A stretch of 64,000 nt of DNA, from contig DYKB01000033.1 in NCBI GenBank assembly GCA_020722815.1, positions 3,916-67,915 on the forward strand. The letters are read 5' to 3'. Below, in pieces: positions 53,557 through 64,000 of the stretch. Numbering within the stretch: the stretch's first letter is position 1; every line of letters starts with the position of its first letter. Under the pieces are notes generated by a model that worked only from the letters and a program-made list of their open reading frames with translations, was not told the DNA's origin and made no database searches. This stretch comes from Caldithrix sp. Lineage in GTDB: Bacteria; Zhuqueibacterota; Zhuqueibacteria; Thermofontimicrobiales; Sulfurfontimicrobiaceae. The translations under genes were made by a program, and so were the position numbers.

Positions 53557-55854
53557 ATGGCAAAAGTAGAAAGGAAGAAAGAGGAAATTTTAGGACTTTT
53601 GCTTTTTGCTTTCGGCCTATTCATTTTTCTAAGTTTCATTTCATATAACCCAAATCATATTCCGATAGACTTTGGATTGGGATACAAAGATAATTTTTTG
53701 GGTATCATGGGATTATGGATCGCTCATCTCCTGGTTCGCGGATTTCTCGGGATTTTTAGCTATTTTATTCCAATTGTGATCATGCTGGCTGGCATTAATC
53801 AATTTCGCGTTTATTTCAAAAATTTGCTTCGGATGACGGCCATCGCGACCATCATTTCTATCTTCGGTGTTACATTTATTGCGATGTTGACCTCCAAAAT
53901 AGAAACATTTGATACCACTCGATACGCGGGAAAAGTCGGCGAGCTTATTGCCCAGACGATTTTTCGCTGGTTGACCCCCACCGGTGGCATGCTCCTTTAT
54001 ATTCTGGCATTAGCACTAACTCTTCTCTTATTAAATCAAATGAGTATCACCCAAATTTTCAATACCGTTGATAATTATTTTAAAATTATCGGGAAACGGC
54101 TGAAACTTCGTTATTCCGGCTGGCAACAGGAACGGGAGACAAAAAAAGTCGTAAAAGTTAAAAGCGATACTGAAAGAGCGGAAACAAGCTCACCGGCTGT
54201 CAAACCAGTCATTATGCCAGAAATAACCCCCGCGAATAATTCAACACCAATTATTGAACCTGCCAAATCCAATGGTGCGGAAAAAGAAAAGCCGGTGCCT
54301 TCACCCCGACCGATAATTGAAATTGATCCCCTCCAGGATCCCCTGAATGCAGGAACGCCAAAAACCAAAGGCGATTATCAATTTCCAGGACCCGATTTAT
54401 TAAAACCAGTAGAGGCTCAGGACTTTGAATTGACCTGGGAGGAGCTTGACAATCAAGCACGCATTCTTGAAGATACGCTGGAAGATTTCGGAATCGAAGG
54501 GAAGGTCGTAAAAATTAATCCCGGCCCCGTCATTACACGTTTTGAAGTTGAACCTGCCCCGGGCATTAAAGTGAGTAAATTCACCAGCCTGGCGGATGAT
54601 CTGGCCAGAGTTATGCGGGCGCAGCGTATCCGCGTCGTAGCTCCAATTCCCGGAAAGGCTTCAATTGGTATTGAAATCCCCAACCCAAAGCCGCAAACAG
54701 TATTTTTCGCTGAAGTCATCAATTCTCCCAAATTTATCGATGCCAAATCGCCGCTTTCCATTATTCTTGGAAAAACGATAGATGGCTCGATTTATGTGAC
54801 CGATTTGGGTGCCATGCCACATTTATTAATTGCAGGATCAACCGGCTCCGGTAAAAGTGTCTGCATAAACGCCATCATCACCAGTATCCTTTTTAAAGCG
54901 CATCCCAAAGAAGTAAAATTTGTCATGATTGATCCAAAACGTCTGGAGTTGGCTCCCTATCGTTCCTTAAAGCACCATCATCTGGCGTTCCGTGAAGATT
55001 TAAATGAAGAAGTTGTTACCTCTGCCAACAATGCCATCAGCATTCTGAAAAGTATGGTGCTGGAAATGGAACGTCGCTACGAGCTTCTGGCGCAGGGTGG
55101 TGTCCGAAAATTGGAAGACTTTAATACCAAACTGAAAGAAGGAAAAATCCAGTTCACCGATGAAACCATTGCCGTTTCCGAACCACTCCCCTTCATCGTT
55201 TTAGTGATTGACGAATTGGCCGATCTGATGCTGACGGCTGCCAAGGAAGTCGAAGAACCCATCGCCCGGTTAACACAAATGTCACGCGCAGTGGGAATTC
55301 ATCTCATCGTGGCCACGCAGCGCCCGTCGGTGGATGTCATTACCGGTGTGATTAAGGCAAATTTCCCCTGCCGAATTGGTTTTTATGTGGCGTCTAAAAC
55401 CGACTCACGAACGATTCTTGATATGAATGGCGCCGAGAAACTGCTTGGCAAAGGCGATATGCTCTTTTTGCCACCGGGGAATCCAGAACCGGTGCGCATT
55501 CATGGTTCATACCTTTCAACGGAAGAGGTGGACCATGTTGTTGAATACATAGAAACGCAGCCACAATTTCCCAAATACGACTTGCCAGTCGAAGAGGAGG
55601 AGGAAGGACTTTTGGCCGGATTTGATGGCGATTATACGCCGGATAAATATTTTAATGATGCCGCAAAAATAGTGGTTCAGGCGGGGATGGCTTCGGCTTC
55701 CATGCTGCAACGCCGCTTAAAAATTGGACACGCCCGTGCTGGTCGGCTGATAGATGCCCTGGAAGTTGCCGGAATCGTTGGCCCTTACGACGGCAGCAAA
55801 GCCCGGCAGGTACTCGTTGTTGAAGACGATCTGGTCGAACGGGGCATTTATTAA
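53557..55854 (+). CDS. ftsK: DNA translocase FtsK
   Basis: N-terminal TMs, PHLLIAGSTGSGKS, IDELADLM, ATQRPS, gamma domain SMLQRRLKIGHARAGRLID. Confidence 0.98.
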   Translation: MAKVERKKEEILGLLLFAFGLFIFLSFISYNPNHIPIDFGLGYKDNFLGIMGLWIAHLLVRGFLGIFSYFIPIVIMLAGINQFRVYFKNLLRMTAIATIISIFGVTFIAMLTSKIETFDTTRYAGKVGELIAQTIFRWLTPTGGMLLYILALALTLLLLNQMSITQIFNTVDNYFKIIGKRLKLRYSGWQQERETKKVVKVKSDTERAETSSPAVKPVIMPEITPANNSTPIIEPAKSNGAEKEKPVPSPRPIIEIDPLQDPLNAGTPKTKGDYQFPGPDLLKPVEAQDFELTWEELDNQARILEDTLEDFGIEGKVVKINPGPVITRFEVEPAPGIKVSKFTSLADDLARVMRAQRIRVVAPIPGKASIGIEIPNPKPQTVFFAEVINSPKFIDAKSPLSIILGKTIDGSIYVTDLGAMPHLLIAGSTGSGKSVCINAIITSILFKAHPKEVKFVMIDPKRLELAPYRSLKHHHLAFREDLNEEVVTSANNAISILKSMVLEMERRYELLAQGGVRKLEDFNTKLKEGKIQFTDETIAVSEPLPFIVLVIDELADLMLTAAKEVEEPIARLTQMSRAVGIHLIVATQRPSVDVITGVIKANFPCRIGFYVASKTDSRTILDMNGAEKLLGKGDMLFLPPGNPEPVRIHGSYLSTEEVDHVVEYIETQPQFPKYDLPVEEEEEGLLAGFDGDYTPDKYFNDAAKIVVQAGMASASMLQRRLKIGHARAGRLIDALEVAGIVGPYDGSKARQVLVVEDDLVERGIY

Positions 55855-55949
55855 ATACGAATCGAACATCTTTGTAAAAAGATCGTATAAGGATAATCTG
55901 AAAATTGAATTACATAACTCTATTTTGATTAAGCGAGGAGTGAAAATTA

Positions 55950-56597
55950 ATGAAAAAGTTGATAATATTACTCATTTTAATAACCTTTGTTTTTTCAATT
56001 AACTTCGCCTATAGTGCCATGTCGGCAAAAAATATCGTGAAAAAAGTGAAAGAGACCTATCAGGATTTGCGGACTGTCATTATTGAATTTGAACAGGATT
56101 TTAAATGGAAGCTGGCGGGCACAAACCAAAAAGTAAATGGCAAAATTATTATAAAAGACAATGTGAAATATCACGTCGAAATTGATAATAATACAATTGT
56201 CACTGATGGAAAAACTATCTGGAACTATTCCAAAGCCAATAATCAGGTCATTATCAAGAATGCCGAAAAAGCCGATGCTGATCAATTGCCCAGCAAAATT
56301 TTACTGAAATATGCAGAAGATTATCACGTGACTCTGGTGGGTGAAGAACGCCTCCAAAACGCTGAATGCTACGTACTGCTTTTCAAATCGAAGACAGGGG
56401 ATGATTATTACCAGCAAATGAAAGCCTGGATTTCGAAGAAAAACTGGATGACTGCCAAAATTGAGCAGACGGATATTAATCAGAATGTAAACACCTACCT
56501 TATCCGATCTGTCCAGACCAACACCCCCATCGATGATAGCAATTTTATCTTTCGGACCCCAAAAGGTGTTGAAGAAATTGATATGCGGGCCAAATAA
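55950..56597 (+). CDS. lolA: Outer-membrane lipoprotein carrier LolA
   Basis: Signal peptide, IVTDGKTIWNY, FRTPKGVEEID; directly after ftsK. Confidence 0.9.
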   Translation: MKKLIILLILITFVFSINFAYSAMSAKNIVKKVKETYQDLRTVIIEFEQDFKWKLAGTNQKVNGKIIIKDNVKYHVEIDNNTIVTDGKTIWNYSKANNQVIIKNAEKADADQLPSKILLKYAEDYHVTLVGEERLQNAECYVLLFKSKTGDDYYQQMKAWISKKNWMTAKIEQTDINQNVNTYLIRSVQTNTPIDDSNFIFRTPKGVEEIDMRAK

Positions 56598-56778
56598 TCT
56601 CGCATTATTTGAACAAGTTTAAAATATCTGAAAATTTGGCGTGTTTTGTTTTTTCTTTCAGCGCCCTCATCCGATTGATTTTCCAGGTACAGCAAAATTT
56701 TTTCCTTGATTATCAAAAATAAATTTAATATCTTAAGTAGAATTTTTTTCTAAAGAAACGAAAATACGATTATTTTTC

Positions 56779-57801
56779 ATGAGTGATGCGATAGCGATTC
56801 GGAAAGAAGAGCACGTGACAATCTGCTTGAACAAGGATGTTAATTTTCGAGAAAAAACTGCTGGTTTTGAAAAAATTCAGCTTGCCCATTCCGCCCTTCC
56901 TGAAGTCAATTTCAAAGCGATTGATACTACCGTGCTATTTTTAGGTAAAACTTTATCATTCCCGCTTATGATTTCAGGTATGACTGGCGGATTTCAGGGT
57001 GCCAGACAATTCAATCGTGAATTAGCCGAAATTTGTCAGAATCGTCGCATCGCGCTGGGACTGGGAAGTATCCGGCAGGCTATCAAGAATCCAGATTTTC
57101 TGGACAGCTATCAGATTATGGCCCAGGTGGCCCCTGATATTCCAATTATTGGCAATATTGGTGCCGCTCAGGTAATTTCTGAAAAGCAACGCCATGAAAT
57201 TTTGAACCTGGTAAAAAAAATAAAAATGGATGCATTGGCCGTCCATTTAAATCCATTACAGGAAATTTTGCAGCCAGAAGGGGATCATAATTTCGAAGGG
57301 GTGCTTCGGGGTATCGAAAGTTTAATCTCGATGATGCCAATCCCGATTATGGTCAAAGAAACTGGTGCCGGAATTTCTGAAAAAGTCGCCCGTCGCTTAC
57401 ATGAAGTGGGTATCCACATTATTGATGTGAGTGGCGCCGGTGGAACATCCTGGGCTGCTGTCGAATATTATCGGTCAAATGAACCAGAAATCGCAGCCAA
57501 CTTTTGGGATTGGGGAATCCCCACAGTTGATTGTTTAATTGAGTTACAATCATTGGATGATGTCCAAAAAATTGCTTCCGGCGGCGTCCGCAGTGGGATG
57601 GATATTGCCAAAGCTTGTGTTTTAAAAGCAACGCTGGCCGGTGCCGCACAACCTTTTTTAAGAGAACTGATGCTAAAGGGACCTGAATTTCTTGATTCTT
57701 TAATAGTACGCTGGCAAAAAGAATTTCAAATCGTGATGTTCCTGACGGGATGTAAAAAAGTAGCTGACTTGCCAGGTGTTTCTTTTCAAATTAAAAAATG
57801 A
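56779..57801 (+). CDS. fni: Type 2 isopentenyl-diphosphate isomerase
   Basis: RKEEH, SGMTGG, HLNPLQE, VKETGAG, GAGGTSW, DWGIPT. Confidence 0.96.
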   Translation: MSDAIAIRKEEHVTICLNKDVNFREKTAGFEKIQLAHSALPEVNFKAIDTTVLFLGKTLSFPLMISGMTGGFQGARQFNRELAEICQNRRIALGLGSIRQAIKNPDFLDSYQIMAQVAPDIPIIGNIGAAQVISEKQRHEILNLVKKIKMDALAVHLNPLQEILQPEGDHNFEGVLRGIESLISMMPIPIMVKETGAGISEKVARRLHEVGIHIIDVSGAGGTSWAAVEYYRSNEPEIAANFWDWGIPTVDCLIELQSLDDVQKIASGGVRSGMDIAKACVLKATLAGAAQPFLRELMLKGPEFLDSLIVRWQKEFQIVMFLTGCKKVADLPGVSFQIKK

Positions 57802-57827
57802 AATCGCAATCGAAATCTGGAGCGTGA

Positions 57828-58934
57828 ATGACCAGAAGTGCTGAAGATTTTACGGAATTAAAAAATCAATTAAAAATTTACGCGGATCAAGTTCGTGACT
57901 ATATATTTTCAAAGGAGCGAAATCTAAATATTGCTCCGGAAGACCTTCGTACCAGTATGATGGATTATTTATACTATGGTGGCAAGATGCTCCGGCCGGG
58001 GGTACTGCTTTTTTCCTGTGGTGCTGTCGGCAGTGATGTGCAGCCAGCCATCCCGGCCGCCGCAGCGATTGAGCTGTTTCATATCTGGACGCTCGTGCAC
58101 GACGATCTCATCGATCAGGATGATAAGCGTCGTGGGAAAGACACGATTCACATTAAATACTACAAAAAAGCGCTCGATGAAAAAGTTTTACATCTTACGC
58201 CGGAGCAGGCAAAACACTATGGTGTGGTCATTGGCATCCTGTCCGGTGATGCCATTCATGGCCTGTCGATTTCGCTTTTAACAGAACTTTTTTATCAAAA
58301 TAAAATTCGACCGGAAGTTGCCCTTCGGGTTATTCGCGAATTGGATAATACGGTTTTGAATACGCTGGTTTCGGGTGAAACGCTGGATGTTGTCTATTCC
58401 AAACAGGCTATTCAGGATCTGGATGAAACGCGTATTATCGATATGCTCTGGCGAAAAACCGGTGCGCTATATGAATTTGCCGGTCGCGCCGGCGCATTAA
58501 TAGGACTTAATACAGATGATATAAATCATCCCTGGGTAAAAGCAATTTCCACCTTTACAAGTAAATGCGGCTTTGCTTTTCAATTGCTGGATGATGTACT
58601 CGGGGTAGTGGGTGACGAAAAGAAACTAGGAAAACCGGTCGGTTCAGACATTCGTGAGGGGAAAAAAACAATCGTACTTTATCACACCCTGATTAATGCC
58701 AATCCAAAGCAGCGAAAACGAATTCTCGAAATTGTTGGCAATGAAAATGCAACTGAAGCCGAACGACTTGAAGTTATCGAACTCATGCATCAATTGAAAG
58801 GCATCTCACATACCCGAGAAATGGCTTATACGCATTTAAAAGAGGCGTTGGAAAATCTGGAGACGATTCCAGAATCCAGGTTTAAAAATTTATTGAAAAG
58901 TTGGGCTCATTTTCTTATTCAACGGGACTTTTAA
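57828..58934 (+). CDS. Short-chain trans-polyprenyl diphosphate synthase (GGPP synthase-like)
   Basis: GGKMLRP, FARM WTLVHDDLIDQD..RRG, KTGAL, SARM FQLLDDVLG, GKPVGSDIREGK. Confidence 0.93.
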   Translation: MTRSAEDFTELKNQLKIYADQVRDYIFSKERNLNIAPEDLRTSMMDYLYYGGKMLRPGVLLFSCGAVGSDVQPAIPAAAAIELFHIWTLVHDDLIDQDDKRRGKDTIHIKYYKKALDEKVLHLTPEQAKHYGVVIGILSGDAIHGLSISLLTELFYQNKIRPEVALRVIRELDNTVLNTLVSGETLDVVYSKQAIQDLDETRIIDMLWRKTGALYEFAGRAGALIGLNTDDINHPWVKAISTFTSKCGFAFQLLDDVLGVVGDEKKLGKPVGSDIREGKKTIVLYHTLINANPKQRKRILEIVGNENATEAERLEVIELMHQLKGISHTREMAYTHLKEALENLETIPESRFKNLLKSWAHFLIQRDF

Positions 58935-58990
58935 GGTATTTAAATTTTTAATAATTAGACCATAAATCAGAACATAGTAACGGAACCTCA

Positions 58991-59257
58991 ATGATTGAAA
59001 AAGATTTTATCATACCGAATAAATTGGGACTACATGCCCGGCCGGCGGCATTGCTTGTAAAGACACTTTCACGATTTGATTCGGATATTTATATTACCAA
59101 AGACAATCAAGTGGTCAATGGAAAAAGTATCATGGGCGTAATGACACTCGCGGCGGAGTACGGAAGTCCGATCCAGTTTCGAATTTCGGGTGAGGATGAA
59201 GAAGATGTAGTCGCGGCAATTGAAGAAGTGTTTGCCCTTAAATTTAATGAGGATTGA
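58991..59257 (+). CDS. ptsH: Phosphocarrier protein HPr
   Basis: GLHARPAA (His15), NGKSIMG (Ser46). Confidence 0.97.
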   Translation: MIEKDFIIPNKLGLHARPAALLVKTLSRFDSDIYITKDNQVVNGKSIMGVMTLAAEYGSPIQFRISGEDEEDVVAAIEEVFALKFNED

Positions 59258-59296
59258 GAAAATCCTACTCGTTATAATTGTTCGCAAAAATGAATA

Positions 59297-61066
59297 ATGA
59301 ATATGGAAAACAAATATAAAATTCTATTAAAAGGCATTTCGGCCTCCCCTGGAATTGCAATTGGAAAAGTATTTCACCTGCGTGGTGACGTTATCAAAAT
59401 TGAAGAACGCGACCTGGATGAATCTGAAATTGAACAGGAAATCGAAAAATTTAAGGCGGCGATTGAGGAAGCAAAGGCTGATTTACGAAAATTAACAAAA
59501 CAGGCGTCTAAAAAGTTAGGCGTCGGGAATGCCACCATATTCGATGTTCATCGGATGTTGCTGGAAGATGAAACCATCGTTGGCCAGACCATTGAAATAA
59601 TTCGGAGTGAACAAAAGAATGCCGATTTCATCTTTTTTCGCCAAATGAACCAGTTCCAGAAAAAGATGGAACAGCTTAATGATGAATTTTTTAAAGAACG
59701 CGCCACCGATATTATCGATGTTAAGCGGCGGGTACTTCAATTAATACAGGGCGAACGACGGGGAGATTATCTCGCCCGGTTGTCCACGCCCCACATCATT
59801 GTGGCACGAGAATTGACTCCCTCTGATACGATTACATTGGATCGCCGGAAAATTTTAGCTTTCGCAACGGACATCGGGGGACGCACTTCCCATGCGGCTA
59901 TTATGGCCCGGGCACTTGAAATTCCTTCCGTACTGGGGCTTAAAAATATTTCTGAATTAATCGCCCCCAATGACCGGATTATTGTCGATGGAAACCATGG
60001 CGAAGTGATTATTAATCCATCGCCCGAAACGTTGGCTAAGTATCGGAAATTACAGGGCGATTATTATGACTATGAACGCAAGCTAACCCAAATACGCGAA
60101 TTACCCTGTCGGACGCTGGATGGCAAAGACATTGAATTATCGGCAAACCTGGAATTTCCGGATGAAATTGAATCCGTCATTTCTCATGGTGCTAAAGGAA
60201 TTGGGCTTTATCGTACCGAATATCTCTTCCTCGCCCGTGAAGAACTTCCATCGGAGGAAGAACAGTTTCAGGCTTATGATTCAGTGGCCTCCAAAATATA
60301 TCCCGAAACAGTCATTATTCGCACGGCTGATTTAGGAGGAGATAAAAGCCCGGACTCGCTTAAAATTCCCCAGGAAGACAATCCTTTTCTGGGTTGGCGT
60401 GCCATCCGAATTTGTTTAAAAGAAACGGTAATGTTTAAAGCACAACTCAGAGCTATTTTACGCGCCAGTGCGCGTGGTAACGTTAAAATTATGTTCCCAA
60501 TGATTACAACCATTGAAGAACTGGATCAATGTATTCAATTGCTTAACGAAGCCAAACAGGAATTAGATAGCCTTAAACAAAGTTATAATGCCAATATCGA
60601 TATTGGTACGATGATTGAAGTACCTTCGGCAGCTATTATGACCGATGTGTTGGCCAAACGTGTTAATTTTTTAAGTATTGGAACCAATGATCTCATTCAA
60701 TATACGCTGGCTGCAGATCGGGGAAACGAACGAATTGCCTATCTTTATGAAAATGTCCCCCCCGCCGTGATTCGACTGATAAAACAGATAGTCGAAGCTG
60801 GTCATAAACGAGGGGTATGGGTCGGGATGTGTGGTGAAATGGCCAGTGATCCCATGGCAATTATGATTCTGATAGGACTAGGATTAGATGAATTAAGTAT
60901 CAGTCCCATCGCCTTGCCCAAAATCAAACAAATTATCCGCTCCATTAAATTTTCAGATGCTGCTCATATCGCGCAAAAGATCATGCAAATGGAAAACGGT
61001 GCTGAAATCAAAAAATATATGAAAAAAGTGATGGCAAAGCGATTTAAAAATTTTCCATTTATTTAG
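59297..61066 (+). CDS. ptsI: PTS enzyme I
   Basis: GISASPGIAIG, GGRTSHAAI, GLYRTE, NPFLGWRAIR, SIGTNDL, MCGEMA. Confidence 0.97.
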   Translation: MNMENKYKILLKGISASPGIAIGKVFHLRGDVIKIEERDLDESEIEQEIEKFKAAIEEAKADLRKLTKQASKKLGVGNATIFDVHRMLLEDETIVGQTIEIIRSEQKNADFIFFRQMNQFQKKMEQLNDEFFKERATDIIDVKRRVLQLIQGERRGDYLARLSTPHIIVARELTPSDTITLDRRKILAFATDIGGRTSHAAIMARALEIPSVLGLKNISELIAPNDRIIVDGNHGEVIINPSPETLAKYRKLQGDYYDYERKLTQIRELPCRTLDGKDIELSANLEFPDEIESVISHGAKGIGLYRTEYLFLAREELPSEEEQFQAYDSVASKIYPETVIIRTADLGGDKSPDSLKIPQEDNPFLGWRAIRICLKETVMFKAQLRAILRASARGNVKIMFPMITTIEELDQCIQLLNEAKQELDSLKQSYNANIDIGTMIEVPSAAIMTDVLAKRVNFLSIGTNDLIQYTLAADRGNERIAYLYENVPPAVIRLIKQIVEAGHKRGVWVGMCGEMASDPMAIMILIGLGLDELSISPIALPKIKQIIRSIKFSDAAHIAQKIMQMENGAEIKKYMKKVMAKRFKNFPFI

Positions 61067-61216
61067 CAATTGCTTTTGTCCGCTAAAATCACATGAAATC
61101 TTTTTCAATATGAAGCTAAAGCGCTATTAATACTAAGTTTTTAATTTATAATTGTAATTTTATACATACTATTAGCAAATACTTTCAGATCAACTGCTTT
61201 AATTTAAGGAGTGATT

Positions 61217-62350
61217 ATGTCCGAATTTTTATTTACCTCTGAGTCGGTTACCGAAGGCCATCCCGATAAGATAGCTGATCAGATTTCTGATGCGGTTTTA
61301 GATGCAATTTTTGCCCAGGATCCCAACGGCCGGGTTGCCTGTGAATCCTTTGTTACCACCGGCTTAGCCCTGGTGGGAGGAGAAATAACCACAGAATGTT
61401 ATATTGACATTCCATCTATTGTTCGAAATACAATCAAAGAAATTGGTTACATCGATGCAGCTTATGGGTTCGATTATTTAACCTGCGCCGTTTTAACTAC
61501 CATCGATCAACAATCCCCGGATATTGCCATGGGCGTTGATCGGGATGGCGCCGGCGATCAGGGGATGATGTTTGGCTTTGCGGTCGATGAAACGCCCGAA
61601 TTCATGCCTTTACCAATTTCTATCGCTCATAAACTCTGTCGTCGATTGGCTGAAGTTCGCAAGCAGGGAATTATCAAATACTTACGACCCGATGGAAAAT
61701 CGCAGGTATCCGTGCGCTATGTCGATAATAAACCGGTTTCAATTGACACCGTTGTCATTTCAACCCAGCATGATCCAAATCCCACCTCCGAACAAATTCG
61801 TCAGGATATTATTCAGCATGTGATTAAGCCCGTTTTGCCGGCCCATTTATATGATCCGGCCAAAATTATTTATCATGTCAATCCAACCGGCCGGTTCGTT
61901 ATCGGCGGGCCACAGGGTGATACCGGCCTGACCGGCCGAAAAATCATTGTCGATACTTATGGTGGCTATGGGCGCCATGGTGGTGGTGCTTTTTCCGGTA
62001 AAGATCCAACGAAAGTTGATCGTTCAGCTTCCTATGCGGCACGTTACATTGCCAAGAATATCGTCAAAGCCGGTCTGGCCAAAAAATGCGAAATTCAAAT
62101 CGCTTATGCAATCGGGGTAGCCGATCCGGTTTCAGTTTCGGTGGATACTTTTGGTACCGGTACCATTCCTGAAAAACAAATTCTTGATTTAATCAATAAA
62201 AACTTCAATTTACGGCCGCGTGGCATCATTGAAATGCTGGATTTACGCCGACCGATTTATAAAAAGACGGCTGCTTATGGGCATTTTGGCCGGGAAGAAG
62301 ATACCTTTAGCTGGGAAAAAACCGATAAAGCGGCTGATTTGGTAAAATAA
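61217..62350 (+). CDS. metK: S-adenosylmethionine synthetase
   Basis: [28 protein letters not shown]; ATG 61217 after AAGGAG. Confidence 0.98.
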   Translation: MSEFLFTSESVTEGHPDKIADQISDAVLDAIFAQDPNGRVACESFVTTGLALVGGEITTECYIDIPSIVRNTIKEIGYIDAAYGFDYLTCAVLTTIDQQSPDIAMGVDRDGAGDQGMMFGFAVDETPEFMPLPISIAHKLCRRLAEVRKQGIIKYLRPDGKSQVSVRYVDNKPVSIDTVVISTQHDPNPTSEQIRQDIIQHVIKPVLPAHLYDPAKIIYHVNPTGRFVIGGPQGDTGLTGRKIIVDTYGGYGRHGGGAFSGKDPTKVDRSASYAARYIAKNIVKAGLAKKCEIQIAYAIGVADPVSVSVDTFGTGTIPEKQILDLINKNFNLRPRGIIEMLDLRRPIYKKTAAYGHFGREEDTFSWEKTDKAADLVK

Positions 62351-62421
62351 GGCTAATTGTTCACCACTTCGGAACATAAAAATAACTTTAATTGTCTTAT
62401 GGATGATGAAATGTATAATAA

Positions 62422-62449
62422 ACGTGATACGTAATGCGTAATACGTAAT
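62422..62449. repeat. Four tandem heptamers
   Basis: ACGTGAT ACGTAAT GCGTAAT ACGTAAT. Confidence 0.65.
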
Positions 62450-62678
62450 TTATGAAACATAAATCATCGACAGGATAGGGTGAACTTTTATAAATAACGG
62501 TGTAATAACTCAGGTTAATCGTATATAGTCGAGTCGTTTACAACGGAAACGGGCAAATTTCTCTCAATTGGATACTAGTTGATTTAACAGTGGGGAAATA
62601 TCTAAGTAAGGAATGGCTAAAAGCGACACATCGAACGTTTATCATTCGAAAGATCTGTGTTGTTACAATAAAATATAA

Positions 62679-63974
<1,296 letters not shown>

Positions 63975-64000
63975 GATAAATTAATAATTGGGACATCAAT

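Overview
About 42% GC chromosomal window from a diderm FCB-superphylum bacterium, most like candidate division KSB1 or Calditrichota. This is inferred from FlgD/T9SS-type C-terminal tails, the lpxC-fabZ fusion, tandem ompH genes and strong Shine-Dalgarno use. The left part (1-19 kb) is accessory glycan and secreted-protein content. It includes a LacI-controlled TonB-dependent receptor locus with no recognisable SusD, a hypothetical glycoside hydrolase, and a large sigma54-type-controlled secreted protein. At 19.5-22 kb a cold-shock gene and an orphan cas6 sit next to a ~0.95 kb AT-rich intergenic region dense in DnaA boxes. This is most likely the chromosomal origin oriC, with no dnaA nearby, and gene orientation switches to almost entirely + strand to its right. 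A GH109-GH2-MFS sugar operon and a small sigma54 pseudo-receiver operon follow. From 31.6 kb to the end is a long + strand housekeeping run: uppS, tamB-like, bamA, skp x2, lpxD, lpxC-fabZ, lpxA, lipoate ligase, dxr, rseP, aminotransferase, gcvT, comB, ftsK, lolA, fni, prenyl synthase, ptsH, ptsI, metK, ahcY. Intergenic spaces carry several REP/MITE-like palindromic families, some nested inside one another. No rRNA, tRNA, CRISPR array or transposase was seen. All calls come from reading the sequence; no database searches were run.
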